Part shown: in pieces, positions 22,108 through 32,397 of the stretch
Layout of the letters: every line of letters begins with the position of its first letter
Numbering within the stretch: the first letter of the stretch is position 1
Source: an uncultured Gemmatimonadaceae bacterium
Lineage (GTDB): Bacteria > Gemmatimonadota > Gemmatimonadetes > Gemmatimonadales > Gemmatimonadaceae
Length of the DNA stretch: 64,000 nucleotides
Assembly (NCBI GenBank): GCA_963822945.1
Contig: CAWGJO010000022.1
Location: 27,891-91,890 of the forward strand
Direction of reading: 5' to 3'
Translations under genes and position numbers: made by a program
The notes under the pieces: model-generated
What the model saw: the letters and a program-made list of their open reading frames with translations, nothing else
What the model was told of the DNA's origin: nothing
Database searches by the model: none

Positions 22108-24735
22108 ATGATCGACCGCCGTCGCTTCCTGCAGTGGGCCGCCGCCGCGGCCGTTGTTCCGGGCCGAATGCTCGACCTTCCGGGCGCCGTTCCGTCCGGC
22201 CCCGGCCTGGCGGAGGCCGGCGACGGGTCCGCAGCACCGGCCGGGCGCAGGAAACGCTACTCGCCGGGGCGAATCCCCAACGAGTATTCGCTCCTGCTTC
22301 CCGGTGAGGCCGAAGCACTGGCGCGCGTACCGGCGGTCACGGAATTCCGGTCGGGTACGGTGCTCGCCTCGGCGAGCGGGGGGGCGCCCCGGTCGCTGCA
22401 CATCGGCGATGCGCTCGACGGTTGGCGCCTCGTCGCCCTGATCCCGGACCTCGACGGCGCGCCGACGGCGGTGTTCGAGAAGCGCATGTCGCACCGCGGC
22501 GCGATCGTGTACCTCACCGGCCGGGGCGAGGTTGCGCGGATCCCCACCGGGGTCGGCGAGCTGGCGAACATCCGGCCGCGGCCGATCAATGCGACCCCCG
22601 AGTCGCGGTTCCGGCGCCCCGCGTCGTTTCCAAAGCAGCCGGACAAGCCCGGCGACTTCATCCTCGGGTCGGACGAGGATCCGTGCTACGAGAACGTCGC
22701 GGCGCTCGGCGACGAGTTCATCGGGTGGACGCTCGTCGCGAACGAGGAGTCGGGCCCCGAACGCTCGCTCTGGCTCGAGCCCGACGGCACGTCGCGTCAG
22801 TTCGGCAGCGACCCGCGGTCGCTCTGGGCACCCGATCTCACCGGCCGCCAATTCGACCCGCGACGCTTTCTGCCGTCCGAGTACCTGTACGAATACGTGC
22901 CGGGCTACAGCAAGCGGACGTTGCTGGGCGGATTCCTGCCGGCGGCGGATATCGGCGTGTGGAATCCGAAGTTCGCGGTGGGCTACAACGCGATGGTGCT
23001 GCTTCCGCCGGGCGTCGACGCGAAACCAATGGGGCGCGTGAGCGCAATGCTGCCGGACCGCCATGGCGATCTGATCCCGGCGGGCGACACGAACGCCGAA
23101 CAGCGGCTCCCCGACTCGGGGTGGGTGGACCGGTACTGGAACACGACCGCCGAGGGCTTCTTCACGGCCCTGTTCAGCCTGTGGCAGCACTGGCAGCGGT
23201 TCTTCGACGACCGCATGCAGGTGGAGATTCCCGATCCCTGGCTGCTCGATGCGGCGCGCGCGGGCATCGTGCTCTCGCGCTGCAGCTATCGCGGGCTGGA
23301 GCCGAGCTACCAGATCGGCGAGGGCGCGTACACCAAGATCCCCGAACGCAGCCACGCGCTCTTTCCCGTGGCGCACTACGAATTCGTCTGGGCGCAGCAG
23401 TTGTGGAATCTCACCGACCAGGTGGAACCGTACTTCGAGCACTATCTGGAGCGATACGTCGAGCCCGACGGCAACTTCACCTATAACACGCAGGATCAGG
23501 TGGAAGGACCGCTCAACGCCGGGGTCTTTCTGGAGAATTCGGCGCGCGCGTACGACTACAGCCGTGATCTCGACGCCCTGACCCGCCGGCTGCCGGTGCT
23601 GCGGCGCATGATCCGCTTCGTGGTCGACCGGTACCGGTATTCGCTGCGCACGTTCCCGGAAGGGGATCCGCGGCACGGTCTCATCTGGGGCTCGCCCGAG
23701 GCGGACCTTGGCGATCCCAAGCATGACACGCCCGCCGATCACCCGTACTACTACCAGAATGCCGCGTGGATCTGGCGCGGGCTGTACGAGCACGGTCGCG
23801 TGCTGACGGCCGCGGCGCGCGACGCATCGGCGCAGGGCAGGACGCCGCTCGCGCGCGCATTGGAGGCGGAGGGGCACGAGACGGCCGCTCTGGCGGGGGA
23901 GATGCGTGGCAAGATCGAGCGATCGCTGCGGACGGCGCTCGACGCGCGCAACGGGGCGATGAAGAAGGCGGGGATCACGCCCTTCCATCCCTTCGACACG
24001 GCGCGCACGCCCGAAGAGCTGTCGAGTTACGAGAACCACCGGTTCATGATGGACTGGTGGACGGCCGACTGGGGCGACGCGGAACTCGATGCGGGCCACT
24101 TCCGGCATCGCACGCTGGCCGGCGAGCAGCTGTTGGGGATGAACACCGACGGCCACTATCCGCGCACGTCGAACTTCATGGAGCACGGAACGCTGGCGGG
24201 CCGCATCCGCCAGGACGACTATCGCCCGTTCCTGCTCGCGCTGTACGGCAACCTGTGCTACGCCATGGACTCGGGCAGCCGGTATGCGCCGGAGGATGCG
24301 CTGCTGCCCGGCAACTTCCCGGGCGAGGGAAGCCACTACGCGTGGTCGGCGGTGATCAACAGCGAACTGCAGCCCGCCATGGCGTTGCGCTGGCTGCTCT
24401 GCTGGGAGGAACACGACCGGCCGGGCAACACGCCGACGGTACATCTCCAGAAGGCCGCCCCGAAGCACTGGTTTGCGCGCGGCAAGCGCATCGCCGTCTC
24501 ACGGTGTCCGACGCGGTTCGGCGACGTGGGATGGGTGACCGAATCCGACGGCGGCGGCTGGCGCGTGACGCTCACGCTGCCGCCGCGGTTCGCGGCCGAT
24601 CTCGCGGTGCACCTGCACCGCCCGGACGGGCGCCCGCTCACCAGCGCGTCGATGGGCGCGGTGCACGGCACGTCGGTCCTTCTCACCGCGGCTCAATTGT
24701 CCGACAGGCAACGGTTGACCATCAACATCGCGTGA
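22108..24735 (+). CDS. Tat-exported hypothetical protein, possibly six-hairpin glycosidase-like
   Basis: AAGGAG RBS; MIDRRRFLQW Tat signal; Trp/Tyr/Asp/Glu-rich helical core and a CPTRFG C-terminal beta-domain. Confidence 0.65.
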   Translation: MIDRRRFLQWAAAAAVVPGRMLDLPGAVPSGPGLAEAGDGSAAPAGRRKRYSPGRIPNEYSLLLPGEAEALARVPAVTEFRSGTVLASASGGAPRSLHIGDALDGWRLVALIPDLDGAPTAVFEKRMSHRGAIVYLTGRGEVARIPTGVGELANIRPRPINATPESRFRRPASFPKQPDKPGDFILGSDEDPCYENVAALGDEFIGWTLVANEESGPERSLWLEPDGTSRQFGSDPRSLWAPDLTGRQFDPRRFLPSEYLYEYVPGYSKRTLLGGFLPAADIGVWNPKFAVGYNAMVLLPPGVDAKPMGRVSAMLPDRHGDLIPAGDTNAEQRLPDSGWVDRYWNTTAEGFFTALFSLWQHWQRFFDDRMQVEIPDPWLLDAARAGIVLSRCSYRGLEPSYQIGEGAYTKIPERSHALFPVAHYEFVWAQQLWNLTDQVEPYFEHYLERYVEPDGNFTYNTQDQVEGPLNAGVFLENSARAYDYSRDLDALTRRLPVLRRMIRFVVDRYRYSLRTFPEGDPRHGLIWGSPEADLGDPKHDTPADHPYYYQNAAWIWRGLYEHGRVLTAAARDASAQGRTPLARALEAEGHETAALAGEMRGKIERSLRTALDARNGAMKKAGITPFHPFDTARTPEELSSYENHRFMMDWWTADWGDAELDAGHFRHRTLAGEQLLGMNTDGHYPRTSNFMEHGTLAGRIRQDDYRPFLLALYGNLCYAMDSGSRYAPEDALLPGNFPGEGSHYAWSAVINSELQPAMALRWLLCWEEHDRPGNTPTVHLQKAAPKHWFARGKRIAVSRCPTRFGDVGWVTESDGGGWRVTLTLPPRFAADLAVHLHRPDGRPLTSASMGAVHGTSVLLTAAQLSDRQRLTINIA

Positions 24736-24856
24736 ATTTCCGCGCTCTCGAGCGGCGGGCACTGGCCTCCGGACCCCTGAGCGGTCACCATTGAAACAGT
24801 CATCGCCGCCCGGAGCGGGGGCGTGAGGATTGGACCTTTGCAGATCGGAGATCGAG

Positions 24857-26023
24857 ATGCCGCGTGACGACCTGGCACAATCGGAGACGTTCGCCCATCG
24901 CCGGCCGTTCCGGGCTCTGGGAATCGCCGCCGCCGCCCTGCTGCTCGGGGCCGGGCCGGCTGCGCGCCCCGAGGGGACCGCCCGGTAGCCACAGCGCACG
25001 ACGCCGGACAGCACGCAGTTCTATCTGGGCGCCGACATCTCGTATCTCGCCTCGGCGGGTCAGGGTGGACGCGGCCGTCCGTTCCCGAAGTATCAGGAAG
25101 ACGGCAAGCCAAGTGACGAGCTGACGATTCTCGAGCGGCACGGGTGGAACGCCTTCCGGCTGCGCGTCTTCGTATCGCCGGTGCGCAAGGCGCCGGACAA
25201 TTCGCTCGCCAACACCATCCCACTCGCCAGGCGGATCAAGGCGTCGGGCGCCCTCCTGCTGCTCGACATCCATTACTCCGACACCTGGGCCGACCCGCAA
25301 CACCAGGAGATTCCCGTGGCGTGGCGCGGGTTGGATTTCGACGCGCTGCAGCAGAAGGTCGAGACGTACAGCCGGAATACCATCAAGGCGCTGAAGGACG
25401 CGGGTGCGATGCCCGACTGGGTGCAGGTGGGCAACGAGATCACGCGCGGCACGTTGTGGCCGGTGGGACAGCTCGCCGTGCCCGGTGCCCAGGAATACCT
25501 CCCGCCGCAACCGAGCGACACGACGGAGCAGTGGGATCACCTGACGCGGCTGTTGAAGGCCGGTATCCGCGGCGTGATGGAAGGCGCGGGGAACACGCCG
25601 CCGCGCATCGCGATCCACATCGACCGCGGTGGCGACTGGAAGACCACGAAGTGGTTCTTCGACCATCTCGACGCCGCCCACGTGCCGTACGACATCATTG
25701 CGGAGAGTTTCTATCCCCCGTGGCGGCACGGGACGCTCGCCGATCTCCGGATGAACATGGACAGCAGCGCGGCGCGCTTCCACAAGGATTTCCTCGTCGC
25801 CGAGACGGGGTACGGCCCCTCGCACTATCCCGACAATCCGGACATGAAGTGGCCCACCACACCCGAGGGCCGGCTTCAATTCATGGTGGATCTGGTGCGC
25901 CTGGTGAAACAGGCGCCCCGCGGGCTGGGCGTGATGTACTGGGCACCCGAATGGGATCTCTGGAATCCCGATGGCACCCCGGGGCCCGCGGTGTTCACCC
26001 TCGACTCCCTGAACGCACGATGA
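24857..26023 (+). CDS. GH53 endo-beta-1,4-galactanase-like (in-frame TAG at 24986 between signal peptide and catalytic domain)
   Basis: LGADISY, NAFRLRVFV, LDIHYSDTWADP, VQVGNE, SFYP and AETGY motifs. Confidence 0.88.
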
Positions 26024-27291
26024 CCCATACCCTGATCCGCAACGGCACCCTCATCGACGGCACCGGCGCCGCGCCGATTCCGAACGGCGCGGTGCTGCTC
26101 AAGGACGACCGGATCGCCGCGGTGGGACGGCTCGACACCCTGCCGCGTCCCGACGGTACGGTCAACGAGATCGACGCCGGGGGCGGGACGATTCTGCCCG
26201 GGCTGATCGACGCGCACATTCACGCGACGATGCAGTACGAAGGGATGATGAAGCACGCCACCACGCCCTTCTCGCTCAACTTCTACCTGGCGGCGCGCTA
26301 TCTGCGGCGTACACTCGATGCGGGCATCACGAGCGTTCGCGATGCCGGCGGTGCCGATCTCGGGCTCAAGCGTGCTCTCGAGATGGGGCTGGTCGAGGGG
26401 CCGCGCATGCAGATCAGCATCACTCCGCTCTCGATCACCGGTGGGCACCTGGACTTCTGGCTGCCGTCGGGACAGGAGATCGGGCTGTTCACGCCGCATC
26501 CGGGGCTGCCCAGCGGGATCTGCGACGGCGTGGACGAGGTGCGCCGGAAGGTGCGCGAAGTGCTGCGGGCCGGCGCCGACGTCATCAAGGTGTGCTCCAC
26601 GGGCGGCGTGCTGAGCCCCACCGACCATCCCGAATTCACGCAGTTCACGCCGGAGGAACTGGCGGTGATGGTGCAGGAAGGGGCGTATCGGCGCGGGGTG
26701 AAGGTGATGGCGCACGCGCAGGGCGCCGAAGGGATCAAGAATGCGGTGCGGGCGGGCATCCACTCCATCGAGCACGGGATCTACCTGGACGAGGAGGCGA
26801 TCGCGCTGATGCTGGAGCGCGGCACGTTCCTGGTGCCGACGCTGCTCGCGCCCCAGGCAGTCATCGAACAGGGGGAAAAGACCGGCACGATCTCCGAGTG
26901 GGCGCTGCGCAAGTCGAAGGAGGTGCTGCAGGCGCACCGAGACAGCATCCGGCGGGCGCACGCGGCCGGCGTGAAGATCGCCATGGGCACCGACGCCGGC
27001 GTGATGCCGCACGGCACGAACCTGCGCGAGCTCGGGCTCATGTGCGAGCACGCGGGGATGTCCCCCATGGAGGCCATCGTGGCCACCACGCGCACCGCAG
27101 CCGAGTGTCTGGAGTGGCAGGATCGCGTGGGGACGCTGGAGGCGGGCAAGCTGGCCGACGTGACGGTGACGTCGATCGACCCGCTGGCCGACATCCACGC
27201 CCTGACGCCCGAAACGATCCGATTGGTGATCCAGGCCGGGCGCGTAGTGAAGGGGGAGCCGCTAGCTTTCGCCCGTCCAACGCGGAGTTGA
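26020..27291 (+). CDS. Metal-dependent amidohydrolase (Xaa-Pro dipeptidase-like subgroup)
   Basis: PGLIDAHIH, GITSVRDAG, IKVCSTGG, AHAQG, SIEHG and GTDAG; ATGA overlap with GH53 stop. Confidence 0.9.
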   Translation: MTHTLIRNGTLIDGTGAAPIPNGAVLLKDDRIAAVGRLDTLPRPDGTVNEIDAGGGTILPGLIDAHIHATMQYEGMMKHATTPFSLNFYLAARYLRRTLDAGITSVRDAGGADLGLKRALEMGLVEGPRMQISITPLSITGGHLDFWLPSGQEIGLFTPHPGLPSGICDGVDEVRRKVREVLRAGADVIKVCSTGGVLSPTDHPEFTQFTPEELAVMVQEGAYRRGVKVMAHAQGAEGIKNAVRAGIHSIEHGIYLDEEAIALMLERGTFLVPTLLAPQAVIEQGEKTGTISEWALRKSKEVLQAHRDSIRRAHAAGVKIAMGTDAGVMPHGTNLRELGLMCEHAGMSPMEAIVATTRTAAECLEWQDRVGTLEAGKLADVTVTSIDPLADIHALTPETIRLVIQAGRVVKGEPLAFARPTRS

Positions 27292-27293
27292 CG

Positions 27294-27725
27294 ATGCGTG
27301 GTGGTGCGGTTCGATTCGCCGTCGGCGCGGCGGTCCTCGTGTTATGGTGCGCCTTCAGTGTGGTCAAGACGGCGCGCGTGAATCTGTGGGTGTATCACGA
27401 GGCCATGAAGGGCGACCTTCATGATTCCGTCGCGATCAACGAGCAGCGGTTCACGGCGATCCGGAAGGATCTTCCGGCCAATCGTGCCGTTGGGTACGCC
27501 AGCGATCTGTCGCGCGACGCCGTACAGGATCGCTTCCTGACCGCGTTCGTGCAGGCGCAGTCGGCGCTGGCGCCGCATCTGGTGCTCGACACCTACGCGC
27601 TCTCGCCGATCGTCGGCAATTTTCCGGATGCGCGCCCCGACAGCGCGCAGCTCGCCGCGATGGGACTGCACCTGGTTCGCGACTATGGGCACGGTGTGTA
27701 CCTCCTGACCAGGAGCGCGCGGTGA
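27294..27725 (+). CDS. Hypothetical membrane-anchored protein
   Basis: N-terminal TM helix then a soluble domain (AQSALAP); stop overlaps GTG start of next gene. Confidence 0.6.
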   Translation: MRGGAVRFAVGAAVLVLWCAFSVVKTARVNLWVYHEAMKGDLHDSVAINEQRFTAIRKDLPANRAVGYASDLSRDAVQDRFLTAFVQAQSALAPHLVLDTYALSPIVGNFPDARPDSAQLAAMGLHLVRDYGHGVYLLTRSAR

Positions 27726-29122
27726 TCCTCTCGCTCGCAGCGTGGCTCGCCGTCACCGGGCTCATCGGGTGGGCGGCGGTCGTGTCGATCTGGCCGGGTC
27801 CGGCGCGGTGGAAGTCGGGCGAGGCGGTGTTCCGAGCATCCCTCGCCGTCGGCCTCGGGTTCGGTGTCAGTTCATCGGCGTTGTTTGCGGCGATGCTGTT
27901 GTTCGGTCCCATCCGGATCGTCGCCATCGGCTCCGACCTCGTGACGCTTCTCGCGCTGGTGCTCGCGGCGCGCGCACGGGTGCGTTCGCTGCCCGCCGAT
28001 CGGTCCGGACTTCCGGTTGCCCCGCCGCCCGGCCCGCTCGACCGCAAGATCGGCTGGGGGGCGCTCGGCCTCGCGGGCATCGCGGTCCTTGCCACGCTGG
28101 CGATCGCTCTCCGCATGCCGCACGGCGACTGGGATGCCTGGGGCATCTACAATCTGACCGCCCGATTCATCTTCCTCGGCGGCCCATCGTGGCACCGTGC
28201 GTTCACCCCCGGCTTGGGCATCCATCCCGACTACCCGCTGCTCTTGTCGGATTCGGTGGTGCGCGGTTGGCTGTACGCGGGCGGGGCAAGCACGGTCGTG
28301 CCGGCCATCGTCGGGATTCTGTTCGCGTATGCATTGGTGGGCGTCGTGGCTGGTGGCATCTGGATTCTGCGCGGGCGCCGTCACGCGGCGCTGGCGGCCG
28401 TGACGCTCCTCGGGACGCAGATCTTTCTCACCACCAGCGCCAGACAGTACGCCGATCTGCCGCTGGCGTTCTTCTTCGTGGCGACCATCGTGCTCTATGC
28501 GTTGGCGAAGCGGCTGCACGACGATGAGACATGGCTGCTCGTCGGCGCGGGGGTCTGCGCCGGGCTCGCCGCATGGACCAAGAATGAAGGCTTGCTGTTC
28601 GTCCTCGTGGTCTCGGTGGGGCTGCTGCTACTCCACCACCGGTTTCGCCGTCACCGCACCGACCGGCATGTGATCGCGGCGTATCTGTGGGGGCTCCTCC
28701 CGGTGCTGGCGATGATCGCCGTCTTCAAGTTGGCGCTGGCGCCGCCCAACGATCTGGTGAGCGGGCAGGGCTCCGGCACCCTGCCGCGCCTGCTCGATGT
28801 ATCACGCTACTGGCTGATCGTGAAGTCCACGCTGCTCACGCTGCTCCGCTTCCCCGTCGTGCCCGTGGCCGTCTTTCTGGCGCTGGTCGGGCGGGACCGC
28901 GATGCCGCCGACCGGCGCGCCACTCGCCTGACGATGTTCGCGGTCCTCGCCCTCGCCGCGGGCTACTTCGTGGTCTACCTCACGACGCCGCTCGACCTGG
29001 GATTGCAGATGCATCGGTCGCTCGACCGCCTGCTGATGCAACTCTGGCCGCTTATCCTGCTGGCGGTGTTCATGGTCGCCCGGGTGCCGGAGCAGCCTTC
29101 GGAGCCTCGCGCGCAGTCGTGA
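27722..29122 (+). CDS. GT-C (ArnT/PMT-like, GT39/83) membrane glycosyltransferase
   Basis: About 12 TM helices; DWDAWGIY, HPDYPLL, YADLPLAFF and AAWTKNEG motifs. Confidence 0.75.
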   Translation: MILSLAAWLAVTGLIGWAAVVSIWPGPARWKSGEAVFRASLAVGLGFGVSSSALFAAMLLFGPIRIVAIGSDLVTLLALVLAARARVRSLPADRSGLPVAPPPGPLDRKIGWGALGLAGIAVLATLAIALRMPHGDWDAWGIYNLTARFIFLGGPSWHRAFTPGLGIHPDYPLLLSDSVVRGWLYAGGASTVVPAIVGILFAYALVGVVAGGIWILRGRRHAALAAVTLLGTQIFLTTSARQYADLPLAFFFVATIVLYALAKRLHDDETWLLVGAGVCAGLAAWTKNEGLLFVLVVSVGLLLLHHRFRRHRTDRHVIAAYLWGLLPVLAMIAVFKLALAPPNDLVSGQGSGTLPRLLDVSRYWLIVKSTLLTLLRFPVVPVAVFLALVGRDRDAADRRATRLTMFAVLALAAGYFVVYLTTPLDLGLQMHRSLDRLLMQLWPLILLAVFMVARVPEQPSEPRAQS

Positions 29123-29209
29123 CGCCGGTCAGCCGGCGACGCAGTAATCGGACGCCGGCTCCGTCGCGATCCACCGAGGCCGGCGAGTTGCTCGGAGCCG
29201 CGCGCGCCG

Positions 29210-30725
29210 TCAGGGCATCGAGATGATGGCGCGCATCATCGTGATGGCGTCGAAGAAGTTGCCGAGCCGCAGGTTCTCGTTCGGCCGTGTTGGTTGTCGT
29301 CGAAGTTGACCACCGGCATTCCGACCGTGGCCGTCTTCAGGCCGATCGGAGAACAGATAGAACGGGGTCGAGCCGCCGAGCGTCGGCATGCGGGCCGGCG
29401 TCGTGTGCGTCGCGGCGGCCACGGCGGCGACGGCCTGCTGCGCCGTCGGGTTCGTGAGCGGCGTCCGCCCGGCCGGATAGCCGCCGATGCGGCGCAACTT
29501 CGCGAGCAGCGGATAGGTCGCCCGCTCCTGGTCGGTCGGCGCGTCGCCGCCGATGAGATGGTATCCCTGCGCGCGCACGAGCGCTGCAGCCGCGCGAACT
29601 GCGCGTCCGGGCGTGACGTTCTTCACGAGCCGAAGATCCATGCGCGCCGACGGCCTGCGATGGAATAATCGTCCGGCCCTGTCCGGCCACCGTGCCGGCG
29701 CCGAGACCGGACATGTTCAGCGTCGGCAGGTTGTCGAGAGCCTCCAGGCGCTCCCGGTGATCTCCGGCCGCGCGAAGCCGAACTGGCGCATCAGCTTCGC
29801 GTCGACGTCGGGGATCTCGGCAATCGCCTGCTTCTCTTCCGCGTCAGCGGGACGACGTCCTTGATAGAAGCCGGCGAATCGTCACGTGGCCGGTCTTGTC
29901 CTTCATCGACGCGAGAGCCGTGCCAGCTCGATTGCCGGGATTCGGGGCCCAGTTGCCGTAGTTGCCGCTGTGCAGGTCCTGGCGCGCGCCGAACACCGTC
30001 AGCTCGGTCGACATCATGCCGCGCGCGCCGAAGACGAACGTCGGCCGTCCGCTCGGGTGCTGCGGGCCATCGACCAGGAGGACGAGGTTGCCGCGGATGC
30101 GGGCCGCCTGTTCGTTGACGACCGTGGCGAGCGAGGGGGAGCCGGCTTCCTCGTCGCCTTCCATGAGCACGCGCAGCGTCGAGGTGATCGGGTGTGCCGG
30201 GGCCTTCGCTTCGTCGATGGCGGAGAGGAACGCGATGATCGGACCCTTGTCGTCGGCGGCCGAACGGGCGTAGAGGCGCCACTCGGGATCGATCGGGCCC
30301 GTGGCGGGCAGCGTGACGACCCGGCCGCCGTCCTCGATCGGCTTGTCGCGGTAGATCGGCTGGAACGGACCCGAGTCCTTCCACTTCGCCGGCGTCACCG
30401 GCTGGCCGTCGTAGTGGAAGTAGAAGGTGAGCGTGCGCGCCGGCCTCGGGCCTGGCGGGACCAGCTCGCAGATGAGCACCGGCGAGCCCGGCGTGCGGAC
30501 GACCGTCACATGGAAGCCGCGGCGCTCGAATATCGCCTGCAGGCAGGTGGCGTTGCGGGCGATGTCGGGCTTGTCGGAGGCGACGTTGGGAATCGAGAGG
30601 AAACTGGTGAGCGTGGCCAGTTCCGACTGCGGCGTGGGTCGCTGGGCGGCCAGCGGCGATTGCGCGGCGCACAGGGCGAGCGCGACGAGCGTGGCGGAAC
30701 GGAGAGGACGGGGCTGGACGGTCAT
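29210..30725 (-). pseudogene. Secreted M20/M25/M40 metallopeptidase with several frameshifts in its 3' half (29280-29930)
   Basis: HYDGQP, RLYARSAADDKG, EGDEEAGS, DLHSGNYG, DLRLV, PTLGGS and NENLRLGN fragments; may be sequencing error rather than true decay. Confidence 0.75.
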
Positions 30726-30855
30726 TGCACGGCAGTGAGAGGGAGTGGGGCTGCGGCTGCGCCGCGCCGGACGGCACTCGCGTGGCGCCGCGCCGGCGAA
30801 TCTATGGCGGCGGAATGCCGCGGCAACCTCGACCGTCGCCATCCGACCACGAGGG

Positions 30856-32334
30856 TCAGGTTGCCGACAACGTCTGCCCCAGCAGCCGCATCCACGACGC
30901 GAGCTGCTCGAAGACCAGGAAGTTGCCGTGCACGTGCCGCTGCGCGTTCCGTCCCCACCGGTTTCGCTCCGCCGGGTCGTGCAGCATGTCGTCGATGGTC
31001 CGGGCCAGCCCCTCGACGTCTTCCGGGTCGGGGACCAGCCGACCGTCCTCGCCGTCGCGCACCTGTTGCCGGGGCCCGCAGGCCCGGCGATTGGAGAGAA
31101 TCGGCACGCGCTTCCACATCGCCTCGGCGATCGTGAGGCCGAATCCCTCGCGCAGCGAGTTCTGGACGACGATGGACGACGCCCGCTGCAGCGCGTTCAC
31201 CATCAGGCAGTTCTCCTCGGCCGATTCCATGGGCAGGGACACGATGGCCACCGCTTCCTGCACCAGCGGGTCGAGCCGGCAGTACTGCTCGATGATGGTG
31301 GCGAGCACCTCGCCGGCTTCGGGATCGTCCTGAATGGACTCCGGACTCGGACCGGCCAGGACGCAGCGCGTGAGTTCCTGGCGCACGCGGTGCACGGGGT
31401 CGTGCGACCATCCGCCGTGCAGCAGCCGCCGGCGGAATTCGGTGAACCCCGCCAGGAGCGGCTCGAATCCCTTGAGCCGGTCCCAGCGGGACACCTGGGT
31501 GACCACGGGACGCGCGAGCAGCCCGAAGTCGCCGCGCAGCGTCGCGGGGTGGAACCGGCCGTCGGGCGCGAGCCGGAGCGCGAGGCGTTCGTACGGCGGG
31601 GTCGGCATGGGGCCCGGGGGAACGGTCAGCCCAGCGTTTGCCAGCACCGCCACCGTGCCCTGCAGTCCGAGTTCGCGGTTCTTGGGGGACAGCGGATCGA
31701 TGGCCGGGCAGATGATCGCGGCGCGGTCGGCGAGAAACGACGGTACGTAATCCGGTGCGGAGAACACGGCGCGATCGTACGCCGGTGCGTACGGGCGCAG
31801 GAATTCCCACGCGGCCCGAGTGGCCGGCAGCTTCTCGTCGAGGCCGATGTGGCAGCGCCAGACGGCGGTGAGCGGGCGATCCTCCTTGAAGAACGCCGCG
31901 AGCGGCATGGGCTGTGGATCGTGGACCACCAACACGTCGCCCGGCTGTACCTGCGCCGCCATGGCGATGGCGTTGTCCCGATTCACGCGCTCGAACAGCT
32001 CCCGGTCTTCGGGGCCGAGGTTGGGGCGCCCGTGCCCGTGGATGAGGTTGTGGATCTTCTTCGTGAGTTCGAAGAACCGGGGCTCGGACGACTCGATCAC
32101 CATCCACTCGGTGGCTACGCCGAGGTCGCGCAGCAGTCCCACCATGGTCGGCAGCATCTCGGCCACCCCACCGCCGCGCGCGGTGGAGTTGACCATCCAG
32201 ACCGTGCGGCCCCGCAGCTTGGGGAGCGTGGCCTCGGCCTCGCGGCGCAGGGCTTCCACGGCGCCGACGAGGTGAGCGTACTCGGCGAAGTCCGCCAGAC
32301 CGTTCGGGATTTCCGGCTCGACGCGCAGTGCCAC
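30856..32334 (-). CDS. GT4 glycosyltransferase, TreT (trehalose synthase)-like
   Basis: VNSTARGGGVAEML, TKKIHNLIHG, HDPQP, WRCHI, QVSRWDRLKG and NALQR..QNSLREGFGLTIAEAMWK. Confidence 0.85.
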   Translation of the reverse strand: MALRVEPEIPNGLADFAEYAHLVGAVEALRREAEATLPKLRGRTVWMVNSTARGGGVAEMLPTMVGLLRDLGVATEWMVIESSEPRFFELTKKIHNLIHGHGRPNLGPEDRELFERVNRDNAIAMAAQVQPGDVLVVHDPQPMPLAAFFKEDRPLTAVWRCHIGLDEKLPATRAAWEFLRPYAPAYDRAVFSAPDYVPSFLADRAAIICPAIDPLSPKNRELGLQGTVAVLANAGLTVPPGPMPTPPYERLALRLAPDGRFHPATLRGDFGLLARPVVTQVSRWDRLKGFEPLLAGFTEFRRRLLHGGWSHDPVHRVRQELTRCVLAGPSPESIQDDPEAGEVLATIIEQYCRLDPLVQEAVAIVSLPMESAEENCLMVNALQRASSIVVQNSLREGFGLTIAEAMWKRVPILSNRRACGPRQQVRDGEDGRLVPDPEDVEGLARTIDDMLHDPAERNRWGRNAQRHVHGNFLVFEQLASWMRLLGQTLSAT

Positions 32335-32397
32335 GGTGATGCCTCCTTCGGCTGTTGTCGAATTCGTCCCGCACGCGCGCGGTCCGGGAGGTCGCGC

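Noticed and set aside
24986..24988. Pyrrolysine or stop-codon recoding
   Set aside because: Single case in an indel-rich sequence; TAG is used as a normal stop elsewhere and no pyl genes are visible.
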